Under the pieces are notes generated by a model. The model ran no database searches and was not told the origin of the DNA. It worked only from the letters and a program-made list of their open reading frames with translations. From the NCBI RefSeq assembly GCF_041146345.1, contig NW_027191410.1, positions 682,001-746,000 on the forward strand: 64,000 nucleotides of DNA, read 5' to 3'. Both the position numbers and the translations under genes were made by a program. How positions within the stretch are numbered: the first letter of the stretch is position 1; each line of letters starts with the position of its first letter. Below are positions 12,954 to 26,249 of this stretch, one piece after another. This DNA comes from Neodothiora populina. Its lineage: Eukaryota.

Positions 12954-15900
12954 ATGCGTATTATCTCTGTCTTATTGCTATCCGTGCTCTGGTTCTTGCC
13001 ACTGTATGCCACGGACGACGGTCTCACTACCGCTGTCACCTGGGACCATTTTAGCCTGACGGTCAATGGAGAGAGAGTCTTTATATTGGCAGGCGAGTTT
13101 CATTATCAGAGGCTACCGGTACCTGCATTATGGGACGACATCTTCCAGAAGTTCAAGGCCAATGGACTTAACGCCGTTAGGTGAGGATGTTGTGCAGCTC
13201 TTTGTGACGTTGCGCTCAAAATTGACTTTTTGACAGCATATATTTCTTCTGGTCATACCATTCCGCTTCACCTGGCGTGATCGACCTCGAGACGTCCGGG
13301 AAGAACGTTCAACAAGTCTTAGACGCTGCCAAAGAGGCTGGTCTCTATGTCATTGCCAGACCAGGACCGTACAGCAATGCAGAGACCAACGCCGGCGGCT
13401 TCGCCCTGTGGACTACGGACGGCAGTGGGGGCAGTTACCGTACTTCTATCGACACCTACCATCAGGCCTGGCTGCCCTGGCTGCAGGAGCTCTCCGCCGT
13501 CATTGCTCGTAATCAGATTACCGAGGGAGGACCTGTCATCTTGTATCAGATTGAGAACGAACTGTCCGAGACTGTGCACCAGGCTGATAACACCTTGGTG
13601 GTGTACATGGAACAGATCGAAGAAGCTGCGAGGGACGCAGGCATCGTGGTGCCGTTCACTTCCAACGAGAAAGGACAGCGCGCTCAGAGTTGGTCTACAG
13701 ACTACCAGAACGTGGGCGGCGCTGTCAACGTTTATGGTTTGGACTCTTACCCTGGTGGACTTTCCTGCTCCAACATCAACTCGGGTTTCAACGTGCTTAC
13801 CAACTACTATCAATGGTTTCAGAACTACTCCTCTTCCCAACCAGAGTATTTCCCTGAATTCGAGGCCGGCTACTTCCAGCCGTGGGGAGGGTACTTCTAT
13901 GACCAATGTCTTGCAGAGCATGATCCGGCGTTTGCAGACGTCTATTACAAGAACAACATCGGGCAGCGCACGACGCTCCAAAGTCTATATATGGCCTTCG
14001 GAGGCACCAACTGGGGAAACCTTGCAGCTCCCGTTGTTTACACATCCTATGACTACAGCGCTCCACTGAGAGAGACTCGAGAAGTGCAGCCCAAGTTCGC
14101 ACAGACGAAGCTGATTGGATTATTCACACGAGTTTCGAGTGACCTCCTTTACACGGAGATGGAGAGCAACGGGACTGGAAATGCAGTCAGTACTGCAGAC
14201 ATTCGCACTTGGGTTCTTCACAATAGCGACAGTGACGCCCGTTTTTACGTCGCGCAGCATTCGACTTCGAGCTCTCGTGCAGTCACAGACTTTTCCGTCT
14301 CTCTACGAACAAGCATCGGTGAAATCATCGTGTCTGATGTTCAGCTGAATGGCAGGCAGAGCAAGATCCTCGTCACAGACTATAGTCTCGGAAACAAGAC
14401 CTTGCTGTACTCTTCCGCGGATATTCTGACGTATGGGAGTTTCGGGTCCGAGATTGTACTCGTCCTGTACCTCGAAGCTGGACAATCTGGTGAATTAGGT
14501 TTCTCTGGTAACATCACGAACGCCGCTTTCTCTGGTACTTCCAGTATTGTACCCACTTATGTTGCGTCGAACCAGACTACTGGATACACGAGACTTAGAT
14601 ATACCCAGGCCATCGGAACAACGACTTTACGCTTGTCCAATGGTGTCCTGTTGTATTTATTGGATCTGTCAACAGCCTGGACCTTCTTTGCCCCTTCCAT
14701 CACATCTGACCCGAATGTCGGACCTGACCAGCACGTTTTTGCCATCGGGCCGTATCTCGTCCGAAATGCTACGATAAGCGGCAATACTGTCGTACTGCTA
14801 GGCGACAATGCAAATGCTACTACACTTGAAGTATACACAGGCAGAAGTGGTGTAAACACAGTCTCATGGAATGGACAAGACCTTCCGACACGAAAAACGC
14901 CATATGGCTCTCTGAAAGCAGACATCGAGGGAACTGCTGACCAAGAAATCAGCCTTCCGATCTTTTCAACATGGCAAGTTGCTGACTCCCTCCCGGAAAG
15001 GAGCAGAGATTATAATGACTCTGCATGGATTGTCTGCGATAAACTCAGCACGCTTAGCAAAGTGAAACCACTCACTTTGCCTGTTCTATTCAGCTCAGAC
15101 TATGGCTACTATGCCGGACAAAAGATATACAGAGGATACTTTGATGGGAGAACCGCCACCTCGGCGAACATCACAGCACAGAACGGCCTCGCGAGTGGAT
15201 GGTCGGCCTGGCTCAACGGCAAGTTTGTTGGAGGTTCACCAGGAAACGCATCTCTCAGTCCCACCTGGCGCCTCCTCAACTTCACTGGAGTCACTCTCTA
15301 CAATACAAGTAATGTCCTGACGATCGTGACAGACTATACTGGTCACGACGAGACATCGACAGGACCAAGCGGAGGTGAGAATCCTCGCGGCTTACTAGGT
15401 GCTGTTCTCTACGGCCCGGCAAATGCAAGACAACAATTCGCAGCGTGGAAGATCCAAGGCAACGCAGGAGGCAACTCAAACATCGATCCCGTGCGTGGAC
15501 CAATGAACGAAGGTGGAATCTACGGCGAGCGCGTGGGGTGGCACCTACCGAACTTCTCGCCCTCCAACGAAAGCTCTCAATGGACCACGAGCAGCCCGTC
15601 CCAAGGCCTCAACGCAAGCGGCATAAACTGGTACCTAACAAGCTTCGACCTCTCTCTGCCATCCAACCTCGACGTCCCCCTAGGTCTCGAACTCGGCGCG
15701 ACAGAGGGCACAATCGCCAGTATCCAGATCTACATGAACGGCTACCAATACGGGAAATTCATCCCTCAGATCGGCCCGCAGACGCGGTTCCCCATCCCGC
15801 CGGGAGTCATTAATAATCAGGGACGTAATACTCTCGCGTTAAGTGTCTGGGCGCAGACGGATGCTGGGGCGAGGTTGGATACTGTCAGGTTGTTCGCGTA

Positions 15901-15988
15901 TGGGGTTTATGAGTCTGGGTTTGATTTTGCGCAGGATTGGGCGTATTTGCAGCCCGGGTGGACGGAGGATAGACTGCAGTATGCGTGA
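12954..15988 (+). CDS. Secreted GH35 beta-galactosidase; exons 12954-13180, 13237-15988
   Basis: Signal peptide, then [23 protein letters not shown], acid/base QIENE, nucleophile region [16 protein letters not shown] and YTSYDYSAP. The C-terminal domains match fungal lacA-type enzymes. Confidence 0.95.
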
Positions 15989-16496
15989 ACTTGGTTTCCG
16001 GTGAGGTGAGGAATGGATGGATATGCTAAGTAGCACAACTGGTAGAAGGGGAATAGTATAAGTCGCCAGGCTAAGCTCCATACCGAGGACTCATCTGGAC
16101 ACTCTATGTTCACCCACGTCACACCATCCCTCTCAACACCAATTCATGTGCTACGTGTCGCACTCAGATCAAGTGTTACCCGCGACCATCAAACATCACT
16201 TCATATTCAAGGCCGTTATTGATGATGTGAATTGAGTATGGGCCTACTATACAGTATCCACGAAGAACTACGCAGAATGACAACAACCGACGTCCACCGC
16301 GGAATCCATTCCGCACATATTACATATCCACTCTGAGAACCTATCCAAACCTCAACTGAACAATGTGATACGAGCCCTCATCTTCTAGTCAGCACACTTA
16401 CTTATGATACTTGTGTAACACAAACATAGAATAGAGTAACAAAAGTCAGGATCTAGAAAACAACGACCAGTATCGAAAAACAAAGGCATAAAAACC

Positions 16497-18323
16497 ATGA
16501 CATCCATTTCCGACGACAAACCCGCTGCAAACGCAACAGCAGCAGCAGCGCATCTATCAGAAAGCCTGAACCACCTCCTCCAAGATATCCACATTTCGCA
16601 GGCCCAATGCGACCATCTCTTACACACCGAGACCTGGCAACAACTAAGCATTCTAAAAAACCTGCTCTGCCAACGACCGCCCTCGCCACTCCTACCAGAG
16701 AGCCGCCTACTCAAAATCGACAACGTACTAGCCTACCACGCAAGCCATCGCGCACTAACCCCTCTAGCCTCCCTAACGCCTTACGCAGTCTTCGATGGCA
16801 AGAACAGAAAGACGCCCTTGCGGCTCTCCCTGTGGAAAGGCGACATCACCTCCCTGCACGGCGTGACCGCCATCGTCAACGCCGCCAACTCAGCGCTCCT
16901 GGGCTGCTTCCAGCCGAGCCATAAATGCATCGACAACGTGATCCACTCTGTTGCCGGGCCGCGCCTGCGCGCCGAATGTGCGCGCGTGATGGCGCAGCGA
17001 GGAAATGAGCCTGAGGCCGTGGGCAGGGCCACTGTCACGCCTGGGTTTGCGTTGCCGGCTCGCTATGTGCTGCATACTGTCGGTCCGCAGCTGGATCCAC
17101 GCAGGAAGGGCGAGCCGTCGACGCGGCAGTGTGAGGAGCTTGCGGCGTGTTATCGCTCTTGTCTTGATGCTGCGGAGGCGTTGCCGGTCGATGAATTGGG
17201 CAGGCTTTCCGTGGTGTTTTGCTGTATTTCTACGGGGCTGTTTGCGTTTCCTGGGAGGGTTGCGGCGAGGATTGCGGTGGATGAGGTGATCAGGTGGATT
17301 TCTGCGCATCCGGATACGCCCATTACGGATGTGGTCTTTGATGTCTTCCTTGAGGAGGATCGAAGACTCTACTTGGATGTACTGGCCAATGCCGAGTTAC
17401 CGCGGGAAATGCCACTCCAGGCTTCTGGCCATGCTATACCTGCGACAACACAGGAGAACAGAAATATGCGAATTGCGAAGGAGTGGCTTTCGCAAGCCGA
17501 TTACTGCATCATCACGGCTGGCGCGGGACTGTCCGCTTCAGCGGGACTCGATTATGGCTCTACTGCTCTCTTCGACGACTACTATGCTGGGTTTCCGAAG
17601 ATCGGTCTGCGCAGAGTAGGCGACTTTATCGGTTTCGACGACTGGCCCGACACTCTCACGGAATGGGGCTTCCAGTTCGTCCATTTAGAGATGGTCCGAT
17701 CCTGGCCCAAAAGTCAAGTATACCAAACACTGCTCACGTACGCAAAGAGATTCGGCGACCGATACTTCGTGAGAACGTCCAACGCAGACGGCTTGTTCGA
17801 CGCCAACGACTTTCCCCAAGACCGACTCAGCACACCGCAGGGCCACTACAAATACCTGCAATGCTACAACAACTGCCGCCCCACGGCCGTGTTCGAGACG
17901 AGCAAGTACCTCGACGCCGCCCTGCCCGCAACAGACCCCGAGACGCAGGTGCTCACCGACCCATCACTGATCCCCACATGCGAGTACTGCGGCGGCGACC
18001 TCACGCTGTGTGTCAGAGGAGGCGACTACTTCAACGACACGCCGTTCCGGGCGCAAAACAAGGAATATCGAAACTTTGTGGATCGGATCCGGGATGATGC
18101 ACCAGAGAAAAAGACAGTGGTGATCGAGCTGGGTGTAGGGATGAATACTCCTAGCGTCGTCAGGTGGCCTAATGAGGAATTAGTCGAAGAAGGCGATGGC
18201 AGGTTTCGGTTGATCAGGATCGGGTTAGACGCTTCGGGATGCGTGCCGTGGGACCTAGAGGGGAGCGGGCTCGCTGTCGGTATCGAAGGCGATATCAGCG
18301 CTGTGATCAGCAATTTGTTGTGA
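16497..18323 (+). CDS. Zn-macrodomain (protein-ADP-ribose hydrolase) fused to class M sirtuin (Mfs1-type)
   Basis: Macrodomain motifs: LWKGDIT, AIVNAANSALLGCFQPSHKCIDNVIHS (CX4HXC Zn loop), VLHTVGP and FCCISTGLFAFP. Sirtuin motifs: AGAGLSASAG, TSNADGLF, QG in place of the catalytic His, CEYCGG and ELGVGMNTP. The gene is intronless. Confidence 0.92.
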   Translation: MTSISDDKPAANATAAAAHLSESLNHLLQDIHISQAQCDHLLHTETWQQLSILKNLLCQRPPSPLLPESRLLKIDNVLAYHASHRALTPLASLTPYAVFDGKNRKTPLRLSLWKGDITSLHGVTAIVNAANSALLGCFQPSHKCIDNVIHSVAGPRLRAECARVMAQRGNEPEAVGRATVTPGFALPARYVLHTVGPQLDPRRKGEPSTRQCEELAACYRSCLDAAEALPVDELGRLSVVFCCISTGLFAFPGRVAARIAVDEVIRWISAHPDTPITDVVFDVFLEEDRRLYLDVLANAELPREMPLQASGHAIPATTQENRNMRIAKEWLSQADYCIITAGAGLSASAGLDYGSTALFDDYYAGFPKIGLRRVGDFIGFDDWPDTLTEWGFQFVHLEMVRSWPKSQVYQTLLTYAKRFGDRYFVRTSNADGLFDANDFPQDRLSTPQGHYKYLQCYNNCRPTAVFETSKYLDAALPATDPETQVLTDPSLIPTCEYCGGDLTLCVRGGDYFNDTPFRAQNKEYRNFVDRIRDDAPEKKTVVIELGVGMNTPSVVRWPNEELVEEGDGRFRLIRIGLDASGCVPWDLEGSGLAVGIEGDISAVISNLL

Positions 18324-20563
18324 GAACAGCATGATCCGACCTGATGGATCTAATAACGACATTGAACGAAAAGTAGCTCTTGGAAAGTGAAATAGGCAGC
18401 CTTCGTCAAGCCACAGTATCCCCACGGACTTGGTCCGTCAGACAACAGCACGAGGGTGTATCACATCAGGCAAAACTTTATTCATGGCATCCGTTGCAAG
18501 GTCGAGGTACAGTAGCGCAGAATAGGGAACACACAGAATCGAGAACTGCTCTGCAAGTAGTATCAGATCGTCGTTGCCACCTGACATAGATGACTGTGAA
18601 GCAAAGTCAGATGCGCTGGAGGCAACAGAGACAGAACCGATCACGGACTCATGGACACATCCGCGATTGACACAGGCACTTGATCTAATCGACATGTCAA
18701 AGCAAGTCGGCAGATCTGCCAAGTGCATTTTCCGTGCTGGACCCACGTGTAGAGCACAGCATAGCATCTATGCGCACGAGAGCTTCGACAGCCGCATGAG
18801 GCGCAGCGGGAGCGAGCACCGCATGATGGGTGCATAGCGTGCCTAGAGTCTTCAGCATACTTAGCGCGAACCGTGGAAAGCGCATCTGTAAATCAAGCAT
18901 TTTAGGCTCTTTCTGGGATGTGCGAGATCGAAAAGGTGAGATCCTTGATACTAAGGCGGTTGAACGGGCCAAGGTGCCTTGTCTCCGCGGAAAAGTATGT
19001 GACATAGATTTAAATGCTGTCAAGCTGATTCATGATTGGATTAGCTCCGCTACGACAGGTTAAACCGGCTGTTGTGACATATTCGCCGCTGCATGTCTAT
19101 GTCAGTTGGAAATGCACCTACCTTCGATGTCGATCAGGATGATAAGGTATGCTTGTTCCACCTACTATTTGTGCCACACCTCAAAGTCATTGCTCACTAC
19201 TAGGTAGGTCATTCTAGGTCTCGAGCACAGATCGCACTATCTTAAAACACTTGTACAGTTGTACCTTTGTGCTTCACATCAAGTCTTTGGCAAGGTAGCA
19301 AGGGGGAACGACTGTCCAGATACCAGATACACCGAGACATTCGCGCTCTGCTGTCCTGAAAAAGGTTGACGTCGAGCTATACAATGAGACTACAAGACTC
19401 CCGCAGAATCTTGGTCTTCTCGGCGGGTCCGTGAATGGTCTATAGCGAGAGGACGTAGCGAACACAGAGGTACGAAGTTTCTTTTTCTATACACAAGGCC
19501 TACTGGAGCTGTCGGCTTCGTGCATTGGCATATGCGTACCCTTGCTAAAGCCGTTGGTCTTGGACAAGGGCCTGGAGGAACTGTTGAATTGGTCACACAC
19601 AACCTGAGCAAGGTATGTTCCCAGCTATGGGGATCCAGGTAAAGCTTGATGGATTTATCCGACGGTGGTTCGCCATCATGTCTGATCCTCTTACCGACTT
19701 TCGCTGTATACGTAATAGACATCAATTGTAATCCATCATATGCTGGGAAAACTTTTCCTTACTCTTGCTCCTGAGACGTGATATACAGCAAGGACGGGTA
19801 GAAAGTAAAAGGTATGGGCCGACGTCCAGACAAAGTTGAAGATCATGGTCCATGCAGATCCTCGCCGTGCCGTTCCAGCCACTCGCGTTTCAGCTTGTTT
19901 TGGCTATGAATCATGACCACCCATGATTTGGGGATCCGTCGTGGTTTCCGACGCACAACATGAAGAAGACACCAACACGTCCGGGATCTTCAAGATGAGT
20001 CTGCTAGCATATGCGGTGTAGCTTCATGCACAAACGTTGAAGACAGTGTAAGCGTTCGGCTCGTACGGAGCAGCCCGTCCAGCTAAGCGCAAATTGTCAC
20101 TCACTACATCACATTACTCGATACACCAAGTTCAGGTAAAAACTCTTTTGCGACACGGACTCAAGGCGATACACTAGGCGTCTGCTTCCAACGCAGAGCT
20201 GGATATGGTCCTATTTGTGGGTTCAACGGCCGACAGGGATGCAAGTATCCACATTTGTAGCAGCCCTTCGTCTTCATGTTTCTGCGGCATCGATATCCAT
20301 GTTGTAGATTGCCGTGCTTGCCAGTCCACTATCTCGCTCCCTGCTTGTCAATGTGATCATGATGCGCACACAGCCTAGCCAAGCTGCAGAGATTGGCATT
20401 GAAGGTAGGGATATGTTAGGGTCAAGACCTACCTCAGGCGATGTTGTTGCGTCCGACATTATTATCAAGCTCGGTCCCTAGAAGCCTGCGCGAACTTGCG
20501 TATTTTCTCATTTTCGCCGTTGGTTCTTCCATCTCACTCTCGTTTATACATCAGAAAGAAAAA

Positions 20564-22837
20564 ATGTCCCGATGGTTTACCTCCATGGCTGCACTCACAA
20601 CGCTCGTGTGTGCGGGTAGTCCGAGCCTACCTATCTTCCAGACGGCGCTGCCAATTGCACCGATAGCAACTCCATACACGTAGGTATTGTGGTTACCTAT
20701 GCAGGATCACCAGTTAATGTTGCCCCAGGTCTGCTAATGTCGACGGTCAGCAAATTGACTATTACCAATTGACTATTGAACCTTTCCAAAAACAGTTATT
20801 TGATGGCCTCGCCGCCACAGATTTTGTTGGATACGACGGTTTCGCCCCAGGGCCTACATTCTATGTCCAAAGGGGTGTTCAGACAGTCCTCCGTTTCAAG
20901 TGAGTGAACCTCGAGACCTGGAAGCATGACAAGGACTGACGTGGAAGCAGTAATAACCAATATCAAGATTCGGTAGTGCACCTGCATGGCTCGCCAAGTG
21001 AGTATTTCACGTAAGAGTGATAAAGTGACATGTTCTGACTTGCAGTAGCACATTCACCTTGGGATGGATGGACGGAGGATCCGATCAAGCCCGGCCAGAT
21101 CAAGGACTACTACTATCCTAACACTGAGAGCGCACGATCCCTGTGGTACCACGTAAGATGTTCTCGCTTAAATTCCTCACCTCTGTCGTATGTAAGTCAC
21201 TAACCACTAGTACAGGACCACGCCGAAGGGCTGACATCGGGAAACTGCTTCAAAGGACTCACAGCGTCCTATATCATCTACGACCCTGCCGAGGATGCTT
21301 TGGGACTACCTACAAGCAAATATGATGTTATACTACACATATCGGATACTGTAAGTCTCTCGATCTCTCGCTCTATCATCTAGAGTGACGACCCAACTCT
21401 AAGTGTCGTGTCTGACACTGAACGCGCCTTGACTAACTCGCTACAGATGTATGATTCCAATGGCCAATTTGTAAACGTCAATGACGATCAGGAGAGCCTG
21501 TACGGGGACGTCATAGCGGTCAATCATCAACCATGGCCGTACATGCTAGTTGAACCACGAAAGTATCGTCTTCGTCTGTACAACACTGCTGTCAGCCGAC
21601 CCTTCGATCTTCATGTCGAACAGGACAATGGAGATTGGTTGAATATGCAGATCATCGCTTCCGATGCGGGTCTGTTTGGTGCGCCAGTCGAGTCACCTGA
21701 TGTCGTGATCGCCATGGGTGAACGATACGAGGTTGTGGTTGACTTCTCGCAGTTCGCCGGACAGAACTTGACGCTCAAGAACACTTATAGTACGGCTGAG
21801 ATGCCCAGCTATGCCAACACCAATCTAGTCATGGAGTTTGTTGTCGGCGGCGATGTCGCAGATTGGAGCTCCAACGAAGTCCCCAGCTCATTGGCACCAA
21901 GCATCGCCTGGCCACAATCGTCAAAGACTGAGCCTGATCGCACATTTCGTTTCGGCTATGGGTGAGTACATAATCTTCTTAGTTACGAAACTCCTAATAC
22001 TGACAAGACCAAGTGGTGATAATCACTGGACGATAAACGGCATTTCGTTCACCGACGCCAACAACCGTGTGATAGCAAATCCGCAACAAGGCACCGTCGA
22101 GCTATGGGAACTACAACACGCGACAGGCGGGCGAGACTTCCATCCAGTCCACATACACCTTGTCGATTTCCAGATCGTCAGCCGCACAGGTGGCAGCAGA
22201 GGTGTGATGCCCTACGAGTCAGCGGGGCTGAAAGACATTGTGCTGCTCGAGCCAGGCGAGACAGTGCGCATACTGGCATACTACGGCGTATGGTCGGGAC
22301 TATACATGTTCCACTGCCACAACCTCATCCACGAGGACCACATGGTACGCCTCACAGCCACCAAAGAAGACCCCTGCATCCTTCGACCACTTACGCTAAC
22401 ATACCGCACAGATGATGGCCGCATTGAACGTGACGCGCCTCCCAGAGCTCGGCTACGACAACGTTCAAGGCCTAGCCGACCCGACCGACTCACGCTTCAT
22501 CGCCCAAGACTGGTCCGCGGACGTCTACTCGGACGCCAGCATTCAGAGCACGCTCACTTATCTCGGCGGATTAGGTGCTTACAATGAGGGCTACGAGATG
22601 TCCACGGCGCTGAGTGCGTATTATGCTACCAATACTGCGGGGGCTGTGGTGGCTTCGGCGACGACGCAGGCCTCGGAGGCTATGGTGACGTCTGAGTCTA
22701 CTAATGATGCTGCTCGCTCGCATGTCGAGTGGAACAACCATGCTCCTGCACCGTCGTCGGGTTCAGCATGGGGTTCCGGGCAGAATGGAGGCCACAACGA
22801 GCAAGGCAATGGAAAGGGTCGTCCTTGGCAGACGTAG
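20564..22837 (+). CDS. Secreted multicopper oxidase, bilirubin oxidase-like (8 exons)
   Basis: After removing 7 GT-AG introns all four copper motifs are present: VHLHGSP, LWYHDH, HPVHIHLV and HCHNLIHEDHMMM (axial Met). Also NHQPWPY and EPRKYRLRLYN. Confidence 0.9.
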
Positions 22838-23134
22838 AGCAGCTTGAAACTGGCTGAGTCCTTGTGCGCAGCATATATGGGGATATTGGGGAAAGATTCC
22901 CCTGGTTCCTTTGGTTCCCACACGACATTGGAGCAATACCATGTCGACGGCATTAGTGCTATTCCAAAGGACCGAGACTAATTAATCTAGAATTACAAAT
23001 CTGTACATACAAGCTATACACTTCAAGCAAATATTCATCGGGACATATCGTCAGAATTCCAGATCGAACGATACTATGGAGTTTCTGGTTATTAGACTTT
23101 AAGCGCGGGTATAAATTAAAATTCCGGCATACCT

Positions 23135-24433
23135 CTATGCCTTCTCCTCGTCTCCGTTGGATCGTGTTCGTTCCGCGTGTGTCTTCGCGTACGGGCTGTC
23201 ATCACTTAGCTCTTTTCCAATCGCACTCGTCATCTGTCCACTGGACTGAGGAAGCTGTTGAGCAGCAGTCGCAGTCTGCGCGTTCTGGCTTGATGGATTG
23301 GAAGCGTAAGGATCTTGACCGACAAGTGTGCCCTGGCTTTCTGGTCGCCCCTTGGCCTTTGGACCGTTCCGCATGGGTCCTCCGGCCTCCATTGCTGATT
23401 GCAGGCTTCCAATATTGAAGTCGATCTCGACACTGACGTCGCCGGTGAGATAGAGATACCAGTAAGCGGTACTGACGAAGAGACCGCCTCCTACCATATT
23501 ACCCAAAAGTGTAGGGATCAGACTCTTCCAGATGTAATACCCTACGCCGAATGGAGCACCACACCAGATTCCCATAGGCTGCAGTATGATCAGTCAATGG
23601 TGTTGGTAAATGATACAAGAGATACTTACGATGAAGAACATGTTCGCAACAACATGGTCCAGGGCTAGTGCGACGAAGGTGGCTGTGGGCCACCAGATGG
23701 CAATGATCTTGCTCACAACCTCTCGACTACTAATGCTGATGAACACCGCAAAGCACACAAGCCAGTTTGCGCCTATAGCTCGTAGGAAGATCTGATGCCA
23801 TTGTGGGTTCTGCGCTTTCTGCACAGCGAGATTGACGGCAGCATTCTGATATGCTGGAGTTTCCTCGAACACACCTCCGTAACCAGTGATGATGGCCATG
23901 AAGAACAATGTGCCTGCCAGATTGCCGAAGAAGGATACAACCCAGTTCTTGAGCACATCTAGTATTGTCACACGTCTATGCAAGAAGGCCGTCCACATGA
24001 ACATGATGTTGCTCGTCAAGAGATCCGCTCCACTGAGGACGATCATGCTAGGCTTGTTAGTGGCAGCCGACACCGGACATCGATCCTTCACTTACACAAG
24101 TCCCACAGGGAAGAAAAGAGCGCCTATCGTCCCTAGTAGCTGTCAGGGTCTGCTTACGTTTGGACAATGCTCATACAATGCACTTACTTATGAGACCAGG
24201 AGCATTCTCCTGATACCATGGAGCAGCATTAGTGCTAACGAGCACAGCACATCCGAATCCAAGAAGAGGACCTTTCATTCTGTGAGTACTCGAAATGCTG
24301 ATCATCACAATACTGGGGCGTATAGACCTGTCATGAACGAGTTCCACCACAACTTATCAAGTCTCATGTGTGCTTTCTTTGTGCCGATACGAGAGACCAA
24401 CTCAATGGTCTGTTGTGGGGTGAAAGCATCCAT
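23135..24433 (-). CDS. Formate/nitrite transporter (FNT family), 5 exons
   Basis: Motifs MDAFTPQQTI, FFPVGL, SGADLLTSN, NWVVSFFGNLAG, RAIGANWLVC, LALDHVVANMF and PTLLGNMVGG. Confidence 0.92.
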
Positions 24434-25597
24434 CGCAGTGTTCAGTAGGAAGATGAGCAGAGTATGAATACAGAGCCCCGAATGAAACCCAGCAAAGCTG
24501 CAAGCAAGAGAGTCGAAGGTACAGTACCTCAACTAAGGAACAGTCCCAGTGCTTGTATATAAGCTCGAACATGGTAGCCATGATTGTGACCATATTCTGT
24601 TCACAGGATCAACCCTAGCATTTGGCAAGCAATTTTGGATCGCGCAGGAACCATCACGACAAAGCAAATAGGCTTTGACGACGTCAGATCTGTTGTATAG
24701 ATCGGGTGAAATAATGTGAGGCTCAACGATCATAGGTCTCAGCAGAAGAGGCTGTCGTGGGGAAAGGTAAGATAGATCGACAGTGGAGAGATAAGCAGCA
24801 GTAGGGGATCGTAGATCGCAACAAGCCTACCACGTGCAATAGTGTACTCTGTGTTCCCTTTAGGTCAACGCAGAGACATAACTGTGCTTATAGAAGGATG
24901 CGCGTGATCTCCTCGGAGATGTCAGAAGATGTGCATCAGTGATCAAGAAACAAGTATAGCTTCGAAGATAACAGAACAGACGTGAGCCAACGCATAAGAC
25001 AGGTATCCATGACCTTCGCCATGGGGTAGGTCTGTACGTATACTTAGAGTCTCACAGATTTCGGCGACAAAGCTTGTGGCAGACAAGCTCGATTCTGACT
25101 TGGCATCAGATTTTTTTTAGTTCACCTGAAGATGCTACCACTGCATGTCAAGGTACACTTCGGAGGTGTGCCAGGATTGGGTTTGTTATCATCAATGAAG
25201 AGAGTCCGCCGTCCTTAAATCCAGGAATTAAGTAAGGCCGTTCCGTGCTGTACTCGTACAATAAGTACCTCCGTACCTCGCAGGGCTGAGGGCCTAAGCC
25301 CAACCTCGAGGAAATTTTGGTGCCAAGATGTGCGTCACCTTCACTGGCACGTGGGGTCATGGGAAGAGCACACAGCCGCTGCGACTCGAAGATGCAAGAA
25401 GGAAGAAGACCATTCTTTTATATTTTGACTAAGGCGCTCACTCAATAGCAACATTGGGTTTAATTCGAAGATATATACGCCTTCATATTGTCGTGTTATC
25501 AGAAAATCAAATTATAGCCAATTATTCACTGCCATCATATCCATACCCAGCGACACCCGCAATCCAACTCAAATTTAAACAACCACAACGACCAAAT

Positions 25598-26249
25598 ATG
25601 TCTCTCGGTCCGCCAGGCGCTCAGCTCAGCCCAGAGCAGGCAGATAACTTCGAGGATATCGAGAAGCAATTTGCCGTCAAAGGTATGTGCAACATGTCAT
25701 CGGCGCAGATACAACGCGCATTCGTAGAGCGCCGCGCTAACCAGTAGAATAGTCGTGCAGCACATGTCAACATACTGGTCCATCCTTGAGAAAGTGCCCG
25801 GATCAAAACTGCGCTTGACCAAGATCGATGACGAGATCTACGAGCATTTCCAAAAAGAATTTCCCGATTTTGACGCCAAGGCAACCATCAATGAAGATGA
25901 GATGAAGAGCAAAGCAGGAAAGGAACGATGGAGGAACTTCATCAACCAGTACGAGAAGAAGGTTGACGATTTCAACTTCGGCACCATGCTGCGAGCGAAC
26001 CCTGCTTGGGAGTACGGCGAGAAGGAGACGATATTCGGTAAGCATTTACTCGGTGTGGAGTGAGCCCAAGATTTTATGCTAAAATTCATTGCAGCTGTAC
26101 GTATGCAGTTTTATGCCGTCGAGATTGTGAGGTATGTATTGTGCTTATCTGTCGAGCTGTTGCAGACTCATTTATGCTGACGTGCATGCAGGAACCGACA
26201 AGGTCTGAACGACTGGATCTATGAAAAGGCGCAAAGCCAGAAATCATGA
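25598..26249 (+). CDS. PBDC1/Ypl225w (Chp1)-like protein, 4 exons
   Basis: Motifs ADNFEDIEKQFAVK, LRLTKIDDEIYEHF, MKSKAGKERWRNF, DFNFGTMLR, VRMQFYAVEI and RNRQGLNDWI. Confidence 0.88.

Noticed and set aside
18330..20550. Gene or transposon relic in the 2.2-kb gap after Mfs1
   Set aside because: Only short unrelated ORFs are present, with no terminal repeats, RIP-like AT enrichment or recognisable motifs.
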